From Takakia lepidozioides (Eukaryota > Plantae > Bryophyta): DNA of 64,000 bases. Below the pieces are notes generated by a model that saw only the letters and a program-made list of their open reading frames with translations, did no database searches and had not been told where the DNA came from. Positions 1-13,719 of this stretch are shown one piece after another (within the stretch, counting starts at the first letter, position 1; every line of letters starts with the position of its first letter). Location of the stretch: assembly GCA_030704615.1 (NCBI GenBank), contig CM060731.1, forward strand, positions 68,882,001 through 68,946,000. Direction: 5' to 3'. The translations under genes were made by a program, and so were the position numbers.

Positions 1-358
1 TCTGTGCCAACCATCCAATGCCATATTCCCCAAGTCTGTGCAGACCATCCATGTCGGCATGGCTTGTCTGTGCCGACTTCCGAATTCCTGACTGGATGTC
101 ATGTGCCTTCTGGCTGCTCACATGAGTAGACGCGTGCGGTCATCTCCCTGGAGTCAGAATTGAGCCAAAAGGCCGGGTTCCAGTTTGGGAAGTCGGCACA
201 GACTTGCAGAAGCGTCCGCATTTACACAGGCATGATGGGAAGTCTGTGCCGACTACCCATGTCGGCATGGGTAGTCTGTGTGATCAAATTAATTTTCAGG
301 GTTTCAAGCCAAAAACCTGTGTGAAAAGGGTTTTTGGGTATCCGGGATAAAGATAGTG
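1..358. mobile_element. Possible 3' arm of a CACTA element entering from upstream of the window
   Basis: Repeated GTCTGTGCCGAC/GTCGGCA motifs in both orientations (subterminal-repeat-like), ending ...GGATAAAGATAGTG (TAGTG at 354-358). The other end is not visible. Confidence 0.35.
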
Positions 359-1690
359 GGGATAGTCTATCAGCAGGTGTAGCTTGACCTTTAGTGTTAC
401 CTCCAGCTTACTTTCTAATCTTCTGATTGGTTATGTTTAGGATGTAATCTTATCATAATCTAATCTAGTTGGAACTTGTAAGTTCTTAATGTTGCAGTTG
501 CAAGTTAATGCATAATTCATAACAAACATGTACATTATTGAACATAAACATTACTGAACATTCATAACAATGCAGCATAATTATGGAGCATGGAACATTA
601 TTATGGAGCATACCTCGTGCTAGGTGAAGCCTTTATGGTGCACTTTTAACATTTTTTTAGGGAAAATTAATGAAGAGGGGAGTAAACAATTGTTAACAAA
701 TAACACTTAACATTTGCTAGTGCAACCGATAGTGTGCACAAGTAGGGGAGTAAAATTTTCTTAACGTTTATGGTACTTTAACGTTTATAGAGGTAACATT
801 TATCCAGGGTAGACCATTTTGCTCCAACGATTTTTTTTGCCTAAATTCCGACCTCAAAAAAATAAAATAAAATATTTTGTCAAAAATTCCTTGTTTTTCA
901 TGGATGAAATTGCCAAACTTCTCCAAATAAAAAATAAATTGTGGATGAATTCGCCAAATATGGATGATATAAATGGATTAAAGTACGGAGGTTAATGCTA
1001 CTTTCGTAATGTCAATGGATAAACATAATGTATGGCAATTTTTTCCAAACACTGTAGCCACTCGCGTTTTTTTTCAAATTTCAGAAATAATAAAAAACGT
1101 TGTTTTGATCGCTCCTACAGTCCCGACAATGTCCTCATGCACGCATTGAAGGGCGTCTCATGTCTCATCATCTTCAGCTGAGCTAATTCTGGACCCTTCT
1201 CTCTGACTGTGTGTATCAACTGACATTGCTCCAAAAGCAGACTGCAACTCTGATGCATTATTGCCACATTTGGAATTTTGAAGGGATGGGCACTTCGTGA
1301 ATCTGTCCATAGCGGTCGATGCAAACTGTTGGGAGCTCCTCTTCAACATAACTTAGCATGTTGTCTCCGGGCGTGTTTCAAATTTCAGACTGTGTTGTGA
1401 GGTAGGATTGTTGGACGCAACCTAACAACCTACTCAAAGCGTTCTTGCCTCTCCTCTCTAATCAATCAACGGGGAGAACCGGCAGCCAGTTACATGCTAG
1501 CCGAGTGTCATCCTGGAATTTCCGAGTATGAAATGAAACCTCCGGAAAATGAACCGAGGGAAAAAATGGCCCATCCGAAAATCAACCGGGTGCCTTGCTG
1601 TTAGAAATGATTTTTGCTTTCCGTATCATTAAATGCCGGAAATTTGCCTTAGGGGGCAAGGCCTGGATGGATTCCAGCCGTTCTTATTTT

Positions 1691-2313
1691 AAGAAGTCAA
1701 GGTCGGCGTGGCCGAATGCATGATGGATAAACATGAATCAAGATGATCTTTATAACAATGGACAAAAGTACAAGATACTGGAACTCGACTTGAATACCGG
1801 AATGCTGGAAACTAAATTGGAGTACCAGATACTGGAAACTGGACTAGAATACTGGAAGCTGGACTGGAGTACTGGGACTGGAAACAATAGTAGCTTGAAC
1901 TTGTGTTGGCGAGACTGAGGAGTGTCCAGTCTCGCCTGCTATATATAGTAGCTACTAGGAAGTTCTCTAAGAAGCTTCCCCAATGGAAGTTTATTGATGG
2001 AGAAATTTCCAAAATTAAACAAAGGTTTCTTGATGAAGAAGTTTCCAAGGTTAAACAAATGTTTCTTGATGGAGAAGTTTCCTTAAACAAAAGAGAGATC
2101 TTGATGGAGAAGTTTCCTCCAAAGGAAGATTCGTGAGCAGTTTCCCAAGTTACTCTCGATAATTTGGTAAACTTCCGGTAACTTGATAACTTATGGTAAC
2201 TTATGGTAGATCATAGTAAATCATGATAAATCATGGTAATTTTTGGTAACATGGTAACTTGATAACTTCTTGTATTTACTCCTGGTAAGTTCCTCTGGGC
2301 TATGTCCGTGACA
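1691..2313 (-). repeat. 3' LTR of the Tcn1-like element (about 63 bp of the U5 end missing)
   Basis: Aligns with 25861-26417. Ends ...TCCGTGACA next to the PPT. TATA box at 1940-1947. GGTAA-rich repeats in U3. Confidence 0.9.
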
Positions 2314-2659
2314 TCACTCCCTCCTCTAGCGCCGAGTTCCTCGAGGAGCGGTAAAATCTTGGATGTGCTTAAAAATTCGGCGAATGACAGTTGCCAAACA
2401 TTCGGCTCTTCGTTCTTGACTCAAATGATTTATAGATCCATGCAACCATCGATAGTGTCCAACACCTTGAAGTTAGGACCACGCAGTGATTTGAGCATTC
2501 TGATTTTCGAATATGCCTTCAAACATGATTTCGTTACCCTCTGGGTTCGAAGCCTCAACCTCCAACAGGATTATCAAACTTTGAGTAGGCTTCTTTTGCC
2601 GTCGTACGCGGTCCAAACGAGGAAGTACTCGTCGCCTTGGTGGCCCATCGTCTCGAGGG

Positions 2660-3341
2660 TGTCGCGCACCTCACTTCAGTAAGCTCCCCCCTCAAGTCAT
2701 AGTTACTCGCTTGATGTGCACGCCTAACTCCCAACCTGGCCGCCGGGCCAACTTGGAGCTCCGACTGCTCACCGGGGCATAACGGTCCCCCTTTGATCTC
2801 CCAAAGAACCCTCCAACGATTTGAAACCAGCGGAATTCCCTTTGGTAGTTAGCAGTCCAGAACAGCTCCCCACTCTTTGGTCGCTTTCCGGCTCGCTCGC
2901 TTACTCACTAGTTTTTGGTCACCAACGGGCTTGCACCGTTCTCGGGGTTACTACTCCTTATATATACTTCTGTAGTTGTCCGCGGTGGTTTTACAAACAA
3001 CCATGTCATTTTATGGCGAACCACCACGAACTCCCTCGACTCCCGGTGATGAGTCGCGGTGAGTCTTGGCCCACCCACCACGGCCCCTATGGACCGTGAT
3101 GAGTCCCAAGACTCCCCACGACTCCCACCACGAGGTCTCCGCCCCAGGGTGAGTCCTATGTCACCCCCACTAAGTCCCGCTAAGCTACCACCACCCCTTG
3201 TGGAGCCACCCCCACCGCAACCCGGTGTGCGGAGCTCTACCTAGTGAGCGCCTCCCATACCTATCGCTGCCACTGCCCCCACCACAGGGGCAGCCCCTCT
3301 TGTGTTCCGACCCCCTGCCCTCAAGGCAAAGGGCCGCAACA
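2660..3341 (-). repeat. 3' LTR of the nested chromovirus
   Basis: TGTCGCG...CGCAACA, direct repeat of 8840-9562, adjacent to the PPT at 3342-3353. Confidence 0.95.
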
Positions 3342-4246
3342 CACACCCCTACCAACAGGGAGTCGATGTCCTCATCGGCTTGTCCATTTTGTGGAAACGA
3401 ACATCCAAGTTGTGGCGTCCCACATCAAGGAGTTTGTTTCCGTACCATGGCGTCCCATGGCAAAGAACCAAACCCCACACTTGACTCTACTCTCCACTAG
3501 CTAGTTCGGCCGACTTCCTCCAAGTCCCGGCCAAGGGTGGAGTTTCTCAAGCTCCTCCCAGTGCACTCTTCTTGGCCTACTTCAAGGCCAAGGAACGATC
3601 CTCCCCGAAGATCGAATCGCCTTACTGCAAAAACATTGCTTGCGACCGCTCATGATGCCGCTTTTGGCATCACCTTGAGCAAGGGTTCACCTCGAACCCT
3701 CTTTGACTAGGAAGATAACCTTTAACCAACCGCGCGCCCCAGTCACTACAATTGGGTCCGCCTTGGAATGCTGGCCTGAGGTACGGGTACACGCCGAAGC
3801 CGCACTACGACTTCGTCCCGAGGCTACACGATTATAGTACGTGAACGGAAGCACGTAGCTTCCGCGTTAGCCCGCACTACAAAGCACCCCCTCGGTAGCG
3901 CAGTTATAGTATGCGCACGCGCCAGGTGCGCACTAGCACGTGAACTCCTAAAGAAGGCGCAAGTTTCCTTGCCCCTTGGATGGGAGTCACCCGATTTTGG
4001 CACTGCACAAACACACGATCAACCCAATTTACCTCTCCCACTTTTGTAAGCTAGCATGCATTCTACACACTAGCCAACCACACCATGCATCACCATTCCA
4101 AACAAAATAGGACGCATAACATTTGGAACCCATTTCCTTTATAACAAATTTTTGTACAATACAAATTTTTGCAATCGGATTCCTAAGCTAGCTAAGCCGG
4201 GCTAAGCATGCATTTCCTCCCCCACGCTCCAAGGTTGATGTCCCCA

Positions 4247-7200
4247 TCAACGCTTCTTCCACTTTTGAGGTCGCCCTTCGAAAATTGCAACCGCCTCGGA
4301 TGCGTTTCCCATTTCTGAGGCACGCACCCAAAATGCCTCCACATGATGATAGCCCTTCCATTTGATGAGATACTCCGTTTCTCGGTTCTTGAACCTCCTC
4401 GACTTAAGTACTGCCTCCACCTCATACTCAGGGTCATTTTCATGATCCAACAGCACAGGTGGCGGACGCAACACCTTGATGCCGATTCGGACGCGCTTCA
4501 TCTTTGAAGTAAGGCTTCAAAAGGGAGACGTGGAATACTGGATGCACCTTGCTGTTTGCCGGCAGCTCCAATTCATACACATCCTCATTCATAACCTTCC
4601 GGATGCGAAAGGGTCCCGCATACGGAGGTACGAACTTTGGACTCACTTCCGGAGGTAGTCGGAAATTCTTGATGTTCAACCAGACCTCCGTGCCTGCCTC
4701 AAACTTCACTTCCCTACGCTTCTGATTCGCCTGCCTTTCATACCGTTTCCTAGCTTTGGCAATGTTGTACTTTGCGAGCTTCAACAAACGCTCACGTTCT
4801 TCCAGTACCGCCGCTACTGCCGGTTCCTCAACGTCCTGGGCGGCCCAATTTGTCGGCACCAGAGGTGCTTTTCCATAGACCAATACGAAAGGGGAAACTC
4901 CCGTTGCGGAGTGTTCTGTGTTATTATAATAGAACTCTGTCGCGTCTAAGTGTTCCACCCAGTCTGTTTGGTCTGCCGACACGTAATTCCGCAAGATCTG
5001 CTTCACTACGGAATTCACTCTTTCCGTTCGGCCGTCGGTCGTAGGTCGGAAGGCGGTGCTCATCTTCAGCCTCGCCCCCATCTTCTTCCAAAGTGCCCTC
5101 CAAAATTTACTCGTAAACTTTGGATCGCGGTCCGAGACAATATCCTTCGGGACTCCATGATGCTTTAAGACGTGGGCGAAGTAAAGTCGCCCTGTTTCCT
5201 GCGCCGTTGCCGTCTCCTTGGTGGGGATGAAATGGCCCATTTTACTGAACCTATCCACCACCACCATGATTGCATCGAATCATTTTGACAGTGGCATAGC
5301 AGTCATGAAATCCATCGAGACGCTTTCCCAAGTCCCCTCTGGAATCGGCAAGGGTTGTAACAGCCCCGCTTGCTTTTTGTACTCGCTCCGGTTTTGTTGG
5401 CATGTGGTGCATGTCTTGACATACTCCTCTGCCTCCTCCCTCAGTTTGGGCCAGAAATACTCTTTCTTCAAGAGTGCCGCAGTGCGCTTGGCTCCGCCGT
5501 GGCCCGCAAGCGGGCTATCATGGCATTCTCTCAAGAGGCTATCTCTGATCCCTCCCTTCGGCACGTAGAGACGCTTTTGCTTATACCGGAGCAGTCCATT
5601 TTGCAAGTGGAACTACGATTTAACCCCCATCCTCAAGTCCTGCATCACGGACTTCGCCAACTCATCCTTTCGGCAAGCCTTCCGGATCTTCCTTTGGAGC
5701 GCCGTCTCGCCCCTGTACACCAACATGAGCTGCTGCTTTCTACTTAAAGCATTGGCCACCACGTTGTCCCGTCCCGGTTTGTACTGGATATCCACGTCGA
5801 ACACCGCCAAAGTATCTTGCCACCTAAGTTGTTTTGGGGACAACTTGGGCTGCGTGGCAAAATACTTCACCGTGACATTGTCCGTGAACACCTTCACTGG
5901 GTTGGAACCAACATAGTGGCGCCAAAGCTCAAGACATTGCACCACCGCCTTCATCTCTTTCTCGTGCGTCGGCCACCGTCGCTCCACTTCATTCAGTTTC
6001 TTACTTTCGTAAGCCACTGGACGTCCATCTTGCATCAGTACACCCCCAATCGCAAAGTCCGACGCATCTGTATGAATCTCGAACGGACGATCGAACTCCG
6101 GGATTTTCAAGACTGGAGCTTCCGCCATCCGCTGCTTCAATTCAGCAAAAGCTTGGCCACAAAAGGTGTTCCATGCCCAGACTTTGGATTTACACAGAAG
6201 GACTGACAGCGGCCCCGCGATCTTGGCGAAATTTCTCACATACTTCCGGTAATAGGAGGCGAGTCCTAGGAAGGATCGCACTCCCGGGACCGAAGTCGGA
6301 GGCTCCCAGTCCAAGATTTCCCTCATCTTCCTGTCATCCATTCTGATCCCATCCTGTGTAATCACATGCCCCAGGAACTCCACTTTTGTGACCCCGAATT
6401 AGCACTTTGAAGCTTTGGCATACAGCTTCCCTTCCCGCAATTTCTGGAACACCCTTTTGAGGTGCTCCAGGTGCTCCTCCTTTGTTTTCGAATACACCAA
6501 GATGTCGTCGATGTACACGATCACAAAGTCATCCAACCACTCCTAGAAAAGGCTGTTCATCAGCATGCTAAAGGTTGCGGGAGCGTTGGTGAGTCCAAAA
6601 GGCATCACCAAGAATTCATATGAACCATACCTTGTCCTGCACGCGGTCTTCTCCTCATCTCCTTCCGCCACTCGAATTTGATGATAGCCGGAGCGCAGAT
6701 CGATCCGGCTGAAATACTTCGCTCCTGCCAACTGATCGAAAAGGTCGTCGATCCTTGGCAAAGTGTACCGGTTTTTGATACTCACCTTATTCAAAGCCCT
6801 GTAATCGACACACATCCGCAGCTTCCCTCCTTCTTGTCTGCGAATAGCACCGGGGCTCCGTAAGGTGACTTACTCGGCCGGATGTACCCCTTTGACATTA
6901 GATCTTTGAGCTGAGTCTTCAGCTCGACCAACTCTCTGTGGCTCAACCGGTAGGGCGCCTTGGCAGGCGGTTCCGATCCCGGTATCACCTCAATCTTGTG
7001 GTCAACTTCTCTTTGCGGTGGCAAGCCGCTTGGTAAATCCTCCGGCATCACATCCTGGTATTTCTCCAAAATCCCCTTGATCCAATCTGGGCTCGGCTCC
7101 CCATCGCCTTCTCCCTTCACTTCTCTAATGTAGAGCAAAAACTGGGGCTCGTGTGCCTCCTCCATGGCCCACTCCCTTGCTGACAGAAGGTTTATTCGCC

Positions 7201-8784
7201 CTCCAACGGGTTTGGACGTTTCCGACACTCGTAAGACCTCGCCACCATTCCCACATGGCAGTGTGACTACTCTCTTGCGGCCATCTATGACCGCTCCGGA
7301 TTTGCTCAAAAAGGTCATTCCCAAAATGAGATCTACTCCATCGATCTCGCAGATGGTGAAGTTCTCACGTCCCTCCCAACTCCCCAGTTGAAGAGGAACA
7401 TCAAAAGTCAACCTTGTCGCCAATTGCGGTTCTCCTTTGGCAGAACGCACCTCAATAGAGGCCCCCGCATCACTTGTCGGGAGTCCCAGCTTTTGTGCCG
7501 TTGCCGGTGTCATGAAGGAGTGCGACGCTCCTGTGTCCACCAATAACGACACGTTAGTTCCGGATATTATCCCATCCACAAACAATAACTGACTCCCTTA
7601 CGTAAGGCGCCAGTTTCCTGATACAACTCACAAGAAAATTTGCCTACCTTGCAAGTCCTGGCGACCACCGCTTCCACCAAGCGACTGATGGTATCTTCCG
7701 ACAGCTCTGTGGTCCCCCGAGTCATGTTCAATTGTCGGGGCTTCGTGCACTTCTTGGCCATGTGCCCGGGCTCCCCGCAATTGAAACACACTCCATCAAA
7801 GGTCGCCTTCTGTCCGCCATAGGCCGCTCCACCTGCTTTTCCTTTCGGAGCACCGGGAGCCGCCTTGACTTGTGAAGGCCCTCCCTTCGATTTCCACGTG
7901 CCATTGTCGCCGCGTGGCCTATCCCACTTCTTTTCCGGTCGGAAGGAGTCACCTTCCCGCCGGGTCTTCTTGTGGTTCAGCTCCGTACGGCCCTGTTTTT
8001 CGCCCCTAGGGACATCCGAGAAACATTCAGCCCTCTCAATTGCCTCGTTCAAAGTCTTAGGTGGCTTCTCCTCCAACTTCCGCCTGGCCCATGGGGCCAG
8101 TCTCGCCACAAAGTTGAAGACCATTTCTGGTTCTGCCATGTCCAGGACTTCGAGCAACAGCACATTGAAAGCCTGGACATATCCCTGAATGTCATCTGTT
8201 TGCTTCAAATTCCTCATCTTGTCCCGGGCGAGCCAGGACGCGTTGAGGGGCACAAACTGCTTCTTCATCAATTCCTTGAACCCACTCCAGTTCAAGGTTT
8301 CCGGGCTTGGACCTCGGTTGTGAAGGCATTTCTGCCACCATTGTTGAGCATAGCCCCTCAAATAGGTGGGAGCCACTTCCACCCGATCCTCGTCACTCAA
8401 CTTGGCCGCCCGGAAGTACTGCTCTAGCTCCAAGAGCTAGGTGTTGAGTGCCTTCCGATTTCGGACGCCCTCGAAGGTGTCGGGTTCCTTAGGCTTCACC
8501 TTAAACTTTGCCTTAGTGGAAGTGGCATTAGCTGCCTTCAACACGTCTTTCAACGTCCCGCCAAATTGCGCCAACAACCCTTCCTAAAAGGCTGCCGGCA
8601 TGGGAGACATCTGTTGGTCGGTCGGAGCTCTCAGGGATTCCTCCCGCTCTTGAGCGACCTCGTTTTCGGAAACATGCATCGCTTCCTCAAACGGCCGCCT
8701 CGGTGACACGTCGCCCCCATTGGGCTCACCAGGATCAACATCTTTTGGGCTGTTCCGCTTTCGCTTTGGCTTGCCCGACCCCAT
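4247..8784 (-). pseudogene. Gag-pol polyprotein (Gag, PR, RT, RH, INT, chromodomain) with a few stops and frameshifts
   Basis: CFNCGEPGHMAKKC; LLVDTGASHSF; YIDD; HTDASDFAIG; HHCC zinc finger and IVSDRD; GPF motif; chromodomain EYEVEAVL..YLIKWKGY..W. Confidence 0.95.
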
Positions 8785-8825
8785 GATGAGGCCAATCCCA
8801 AGGACGATCGCGTACTGAACTCTAA

Positions 8826-8837
8826 GCTCTGATACCA
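8826..8837 (-). promoter_or_regulatory. Primer-binding site complementary to tRNA-iMet
   Basis: - strand TGGTATCAGAGC, 2 nt from the LTR. Confidence 0.95.
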
Positions 8838-8839
8838 AG

Positions 8840-9562
8840 TGTCGCGCACCTCACTTCGGTAAGCTCCCCCCTCAAGTCATAGTTATTCGCTTGATGTGCG
8901 CGCCTAACTCCCAACCTGGCCGCCGAGCCAACTTGGAGCTCCGACTGCTCACCGGGGCATAACGGTCCCCCTTTGATCTCCCAAAGAACCCTCCAACAAT
9001 TTGGAACCAGCGGAATTCCCTTTGGTAGTTGGCAGTTCGGAACAGCTCCCCACTCTTTGGTCGCTTTCCGGCTCGCTCGCTTACTCACTAGTTTTTGGTC
9101 ACCAACGGGCTTGCACCGTTCTCGGGGTTACTACTCCCTATATATACTTCTGTAGCTGTCCGCGGGGGTTTCACAAACAACCATGTCATTTTATGGCGAA
9201 CCACCACGAAAACCCTCGACTCCCGGTGATGAGTCGCGGTGAGTCTTGGCCCACTCACCACAACCCCTATGGACCGTGATGAGTCCCAAGACTCCCCACG
9301 ACTCCCACCACGAGGTCTCCGCCCCAGGGTGAGTCCTATGCCACCCCCACTAAGTCCCGCTAAGCTACCACCACCCCTTGTGGAGCCACCCCCACCGCAA
9401 CCCGGTGTGCGGGGCTCCACCTAGTGAGTGCCTCCGCCTCCTTGAGTGCTTTGGGCACTCAAGGGTGCTTCAGCCCCCCATACCTATCGCTGCCACTGCC
9501 CCCACCACAGGGGCAGCCCCTCTTGTGTCCCGACCCCCTCCTCAAGGCAAAGGGCCGCGACA
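8840..9562 (-). repeat. 5' LTR of the nested chromovirus
   Basis: TGTCGCG...CGCGACA. Has an extra segment of about 43 bp (near 9436-9478) relative to the 3' LTR. Confidence 0.95.
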
Positions 9563-9824
9563 GAGGGTGTCGGTGTGATGTTGAAGGTTATGAGAGTCGG
9601 AACGGCTGGTCTGGTAGTTGGGTAAGCGACAGCTCCAATGTATCCGTTTCCTGTGACTTCATGCTGCCAATACAAGATGCAAGAATGCTGAAAGTGTAGC
9701 TATATATACTGATGTGTGATGCTCATCCCTCCTTAGCATGTATCAGGTACACTGAATGTGGAATCTTCACCTTGAAACTAACTTGGCTAACATCATCGTT
9801 GTGACGTCTTATTGACATGTAGCT

Positions 9825-12592
9825 CGGGGCTTAGCTGGATATCGTTGATGAAACTCTTGGACTTTGGCAGATGCATTGGCGAGGTTGAATAAATGTTCAC
9901 ATGTTCGTTCGCTGATGTCGTAGCCTTCTAATGTACGAAATACTCAAGACGTTTATACTTAATGCGAGAGTCTAGGGCTTCGTCGACTTCATACTCGATT
10001 TCTTGATTGATTTCAATTGGTAGAGGTGGTACAAAAACTCTCTCTAGAATATTCGATGGACGATACAACTCCAATAATGAAACATGAAAGACTGGATGGA
10101 TGCGCATATTTCGTGGGAGTTCAAGCCAAAAACTGACCGGATTTATTTGTCGAATAATTTTGAATGGTCACAGGCGTTGATAATCCAACTTCTTTGATGG
10201 TCGCGAGGTTTGTATGTCCCGTCGAAGAAGCCACACATGATCTCCGACCTTGAACTGGGGTTGGAGTTGGCGATGTTGATCTGCATACTCATTGTATTAT
10301 TTTTGAGTTTATGCGAGGTGAAATGTAAGCTCATTGTGAATCGTAGCAAGGTTTTATGCAGCAGGGCTTCCAACAGTCTTCATGTGGAAAAGGTTTGCTC
10401 GAGGATGATGACCATAATAAGAGAAAAATGAAGTTTGGTTAGTCGAAGAATGTACAGTGTTGTTGTAGGCAAACTCAGCTAATGACAGAAGGTCCGTCCA
10501 ATTATCTTGGTGATAATTTATCGTACAACGAAGATACTGCTCCAAAATCTGGTTTACGCGTTCGGTTTGACCATCAGTCTGTGGATGATTACCTGTAGAG
10601 AGGTTGATCTTAGTATCTAATATGAGAAATAATCCCCTCCAGAAATTTGATATGAACTGTGGTCCTCGATCAGATACGATGTCCTTCGGGAGTCCATGAA
10701 TGCGGTAGATATTGTTGAGGAAGAATCTTGCAGTTTCCTCGCCTGTAACTGTCTTATCGCATGGATTGAAATGTGTCATCTTCATAAAACGATCCACAAT
10801 AACAAGGATTAAATCGGTGGTCTTGGAAATTGGAAGGTCCGTAATAAAGTCCATAGACACGGACGACCATGGACCCTTGGGAATGGGTAATGATTGAAGA
10901 AGACCGTAAGGTCGATGTCGTGGTCCCTTCGCTCTAGCACATATGTCGCAAGATTTTATAAATTCTTTCATGAGTTTCCACATCTGCGGCCACCAATAGT
11001 CCCTGGATATCAATTCCATTGTTTTGTTGAAGCCGAAATGTTCTGCAGCCGGAAGATCATGACCTGTTTGAAGAATTCAAAATCGTATAGGTCCTGGAGG
11101 TACATAGAGAAGTCCCTTGAAGTAAAGTAAGCCATCTTTGAATTCGAAATCATTTGTAACATATGGGTGGTCTTAAGATTGATTCAATTGACATCGTAGT
11201 GTTTTAGCAAATTGGTTGCTCTTCAGTGCTTCCTAAATCTCCTTTATGATCTCTGAATCGTCATAGGTGGACATGGATAGCATATTCAATTAGAGATTTG
11301 TTGGTTTCAAGATGATGGATTTCTGTTGGTCGAAAACTGCGTCCCCTTCTTTTAGCACAAATACGATCGTCGAGAAAGAGTATCTGGTTTTCCTTGAAGA
11401 TGTCCGGGACGGTAGGTAATAACAAAATCAAACCTTGTTAGTGACATACTCCATCTCGCTTGACGTCGATTCAAAACACGAGCACTCATAAAATACTCGA
11501 GGTTTTTGTAATCGGTGTAGACAGTGATCTGATGTTTAGCTCCCTCCAATAAATGACGTCACTCTTCAAAAGCATCGATAATCACTAGAAATTCTTTGTT
11601 ATGGATTTCATAATTGGTCTCTGCGGCGGAAAATTTGCGAGAAAACCAACAGGGTGAACTCGGCCATCCGTACCGTATTGAGATATGACAACACCAAGTG
11701 CAAAGTTTGATGCATCTGCTCCAAAAAGAATGGTTTAGATGGGTCTGCATGTACCAATATTGGAGCCGTTGTAAATGTCTATTTCAGCTTTTCAAATGTC
11801 TAGTCAGCCTTCTCGTCCTATACAAATTTGTCCTTCTGTGTGAGTCGAGTCAATGGTGCAGCAACTTTGGAGTGGTCCTTGATGAAGATTCTATAGAAAT
11901 TTACAAATCCCAGAAAACATTGTACATCTCGGACCGAAGTTGGTTTAATCCACTCGATGATGGTTTGTATTTTCTTATGATCCATAAAGACGTCTTTGTC
12001 GGAAATAATGTAGCCCAGAAATTCGACCTCAAAAGATATTTTTCCAACTTGGCATATAGTCTTCTTTCTCTTAATTTATCAAGGATAAGGCGTACATGGT
12101 GGCCATGTTCTTCTTCATTCTATGGAAATATCAAAATGTCGTCCAAATAGATGACTACAAAGTCATCTAAAAATTCTCAAAATACGTCATTCATCATATG
12201 TTGGAAAATTACTGGAGCATTTGTAAGACCTTAAGGCATAACACTATATTCAAAATGTCCATACCTTGTTCGAAAAGTTGTTTTCCATTCATCTCCTTCT
12301 TTTATCCGTACAAGGTTATAAGCTCCTCTCAAGTCAATTTTGGTGAAAAGCTTCGCTCGTCCCAGCTGGTCGAGAAGCCCAGAAATCAGCGACAACGGAT
12401 AACGATTTTTAAGAGTAACTTTGTTGAGACTACGATAGTCTACACACATGTGTAATGATCCATCTTTCTTTTTTCCCAAACAAGATAGGCGACCCGCAGG
12501 TGATTTTGAATGTCGGATGAAGTTTATTGACAAATTTTCATAAATGTATTCACGTAATGCAGCCAACTCCGTTTGGGATAAGTTATAGATTG
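9825..12592 (-). pseudogene. Tcn1-like pol: RT, RNase H, integrase, chromodomain (degraded)
   Basis: [19 protein letters not shown]; NYEIHNKE; integrase SMDFITDLP..IVSDRGPQF..HPQTDGQTERVN; chromodomain remnant GYDISERT..NLANA..VQEFHQRYP near 9830-9950. Confidence 0.9.
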
Positions 12593-13719
12593 CACTAGTA
12601 TAGATTAACGTTTTTATGACTATGGATATCACTGCATTTGCAGTGATAAGTGCTTTTATGACTACTTCACTCTGTAGTGACAAACACGAAGTCAGTTCTA
12701 CCATAACTACGGAGTGATAAGTGCGAAGTCATGGTCGTCACTAAGGACGTGGCACTTGCCCATTGACGCATAGTGATGTAGGGTTTGGTGATGTAGTCAT
12801 AAATAGATGACTATACGACTGAATGTTATGACTGCGGTTACGACTACAACACTACTGCAGAGCGCCTACATGGAGAGACGTCTCTATGACACGTGTGATC
12901 CTTGAGATGTGACACGTAGCGTCTATATGGAGAGGCGTCTACGTGACACGTGGGATCCTTTGGGATTTAACATGTGTGATCATCCCTGATAGGGCAATGG
13001 AGTACTCATATCTTAATGACTACACGACTATGGATATGGCTATATCACTACAACAATAAAGATGTCACATGGTTTGTGGCTGACACGTGTTGATTATGTA
13101 GATTTTATAATTTATTAAATTTTATTAAATTGTAAATAACTAATTCAGATATTAAATTAAATTAAATTAATATGAAATTTAATAAACCATATGGAGCTCT
13201 CATAAGCACAACAATTGGCAAAGAGGAAAGGCCAACGCTGTTGGAAGTTGCAAAGAGTGGCAAAGAAAGATTCTACCACCAGCCCTGTTGCATAGATTGG
13301 CAGAAGCTGCAACAATATGATACAATATGAAAGACACAACTACAATCAAACATGCCATCCATAGTAACACCACAACAACCTCAAAGGACATTGCACCTTC
13401 GAACGATATTGGAGATTAATACATCAGACACTGACATGGTGTTCGAACCAGTCCGCCAATATATATTCCCAAAATATAAACCCCATGAGTGAGGAAAACC
13501 CCTAAGAAACCCCCTGAGAAACCTCGGGGTCCAAGCAACCAGCTTACGCCGCCCAAGCAACTAGCTAGGATAGCACACATACAACGGCCATCACATTTGC
13601 ATTCTACCCCAAGAGTGAGGCCAGCCAAATGAGCACATGCCTTCATATGTATTCACTCTCTAGACCAACAGGAAATGGGAATGACAAATGTATAGAAATT
13701 TGGGAAACCTTGAGTTGCG

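Larger units (their letters stand above)
2660..9562 (-). mobile_element. Full-length Ty3/Gypsy chromovirus (Galadriel-like), nested in the Tcn1-like element
   Basis: LTRs at 2660-3341 and 8840-9562 (TG...CA, roughly 96-97% identical by eye). 5-bp TSD GAGGG (2655-2659, 9563-9567). tRNA-iMet PBS. PPT GGTAGGGGTGTG. Gag-pol with chromodomain. The clade assignment is tentative. Confidence 0.95.

Noticed and set aside
1496-1500. GCTAG as the left TSD of the Tcn1-like element
   Set aside because: It lies about 190 bp from the truncated LTR edge and a 5-mer match is expected by chance.
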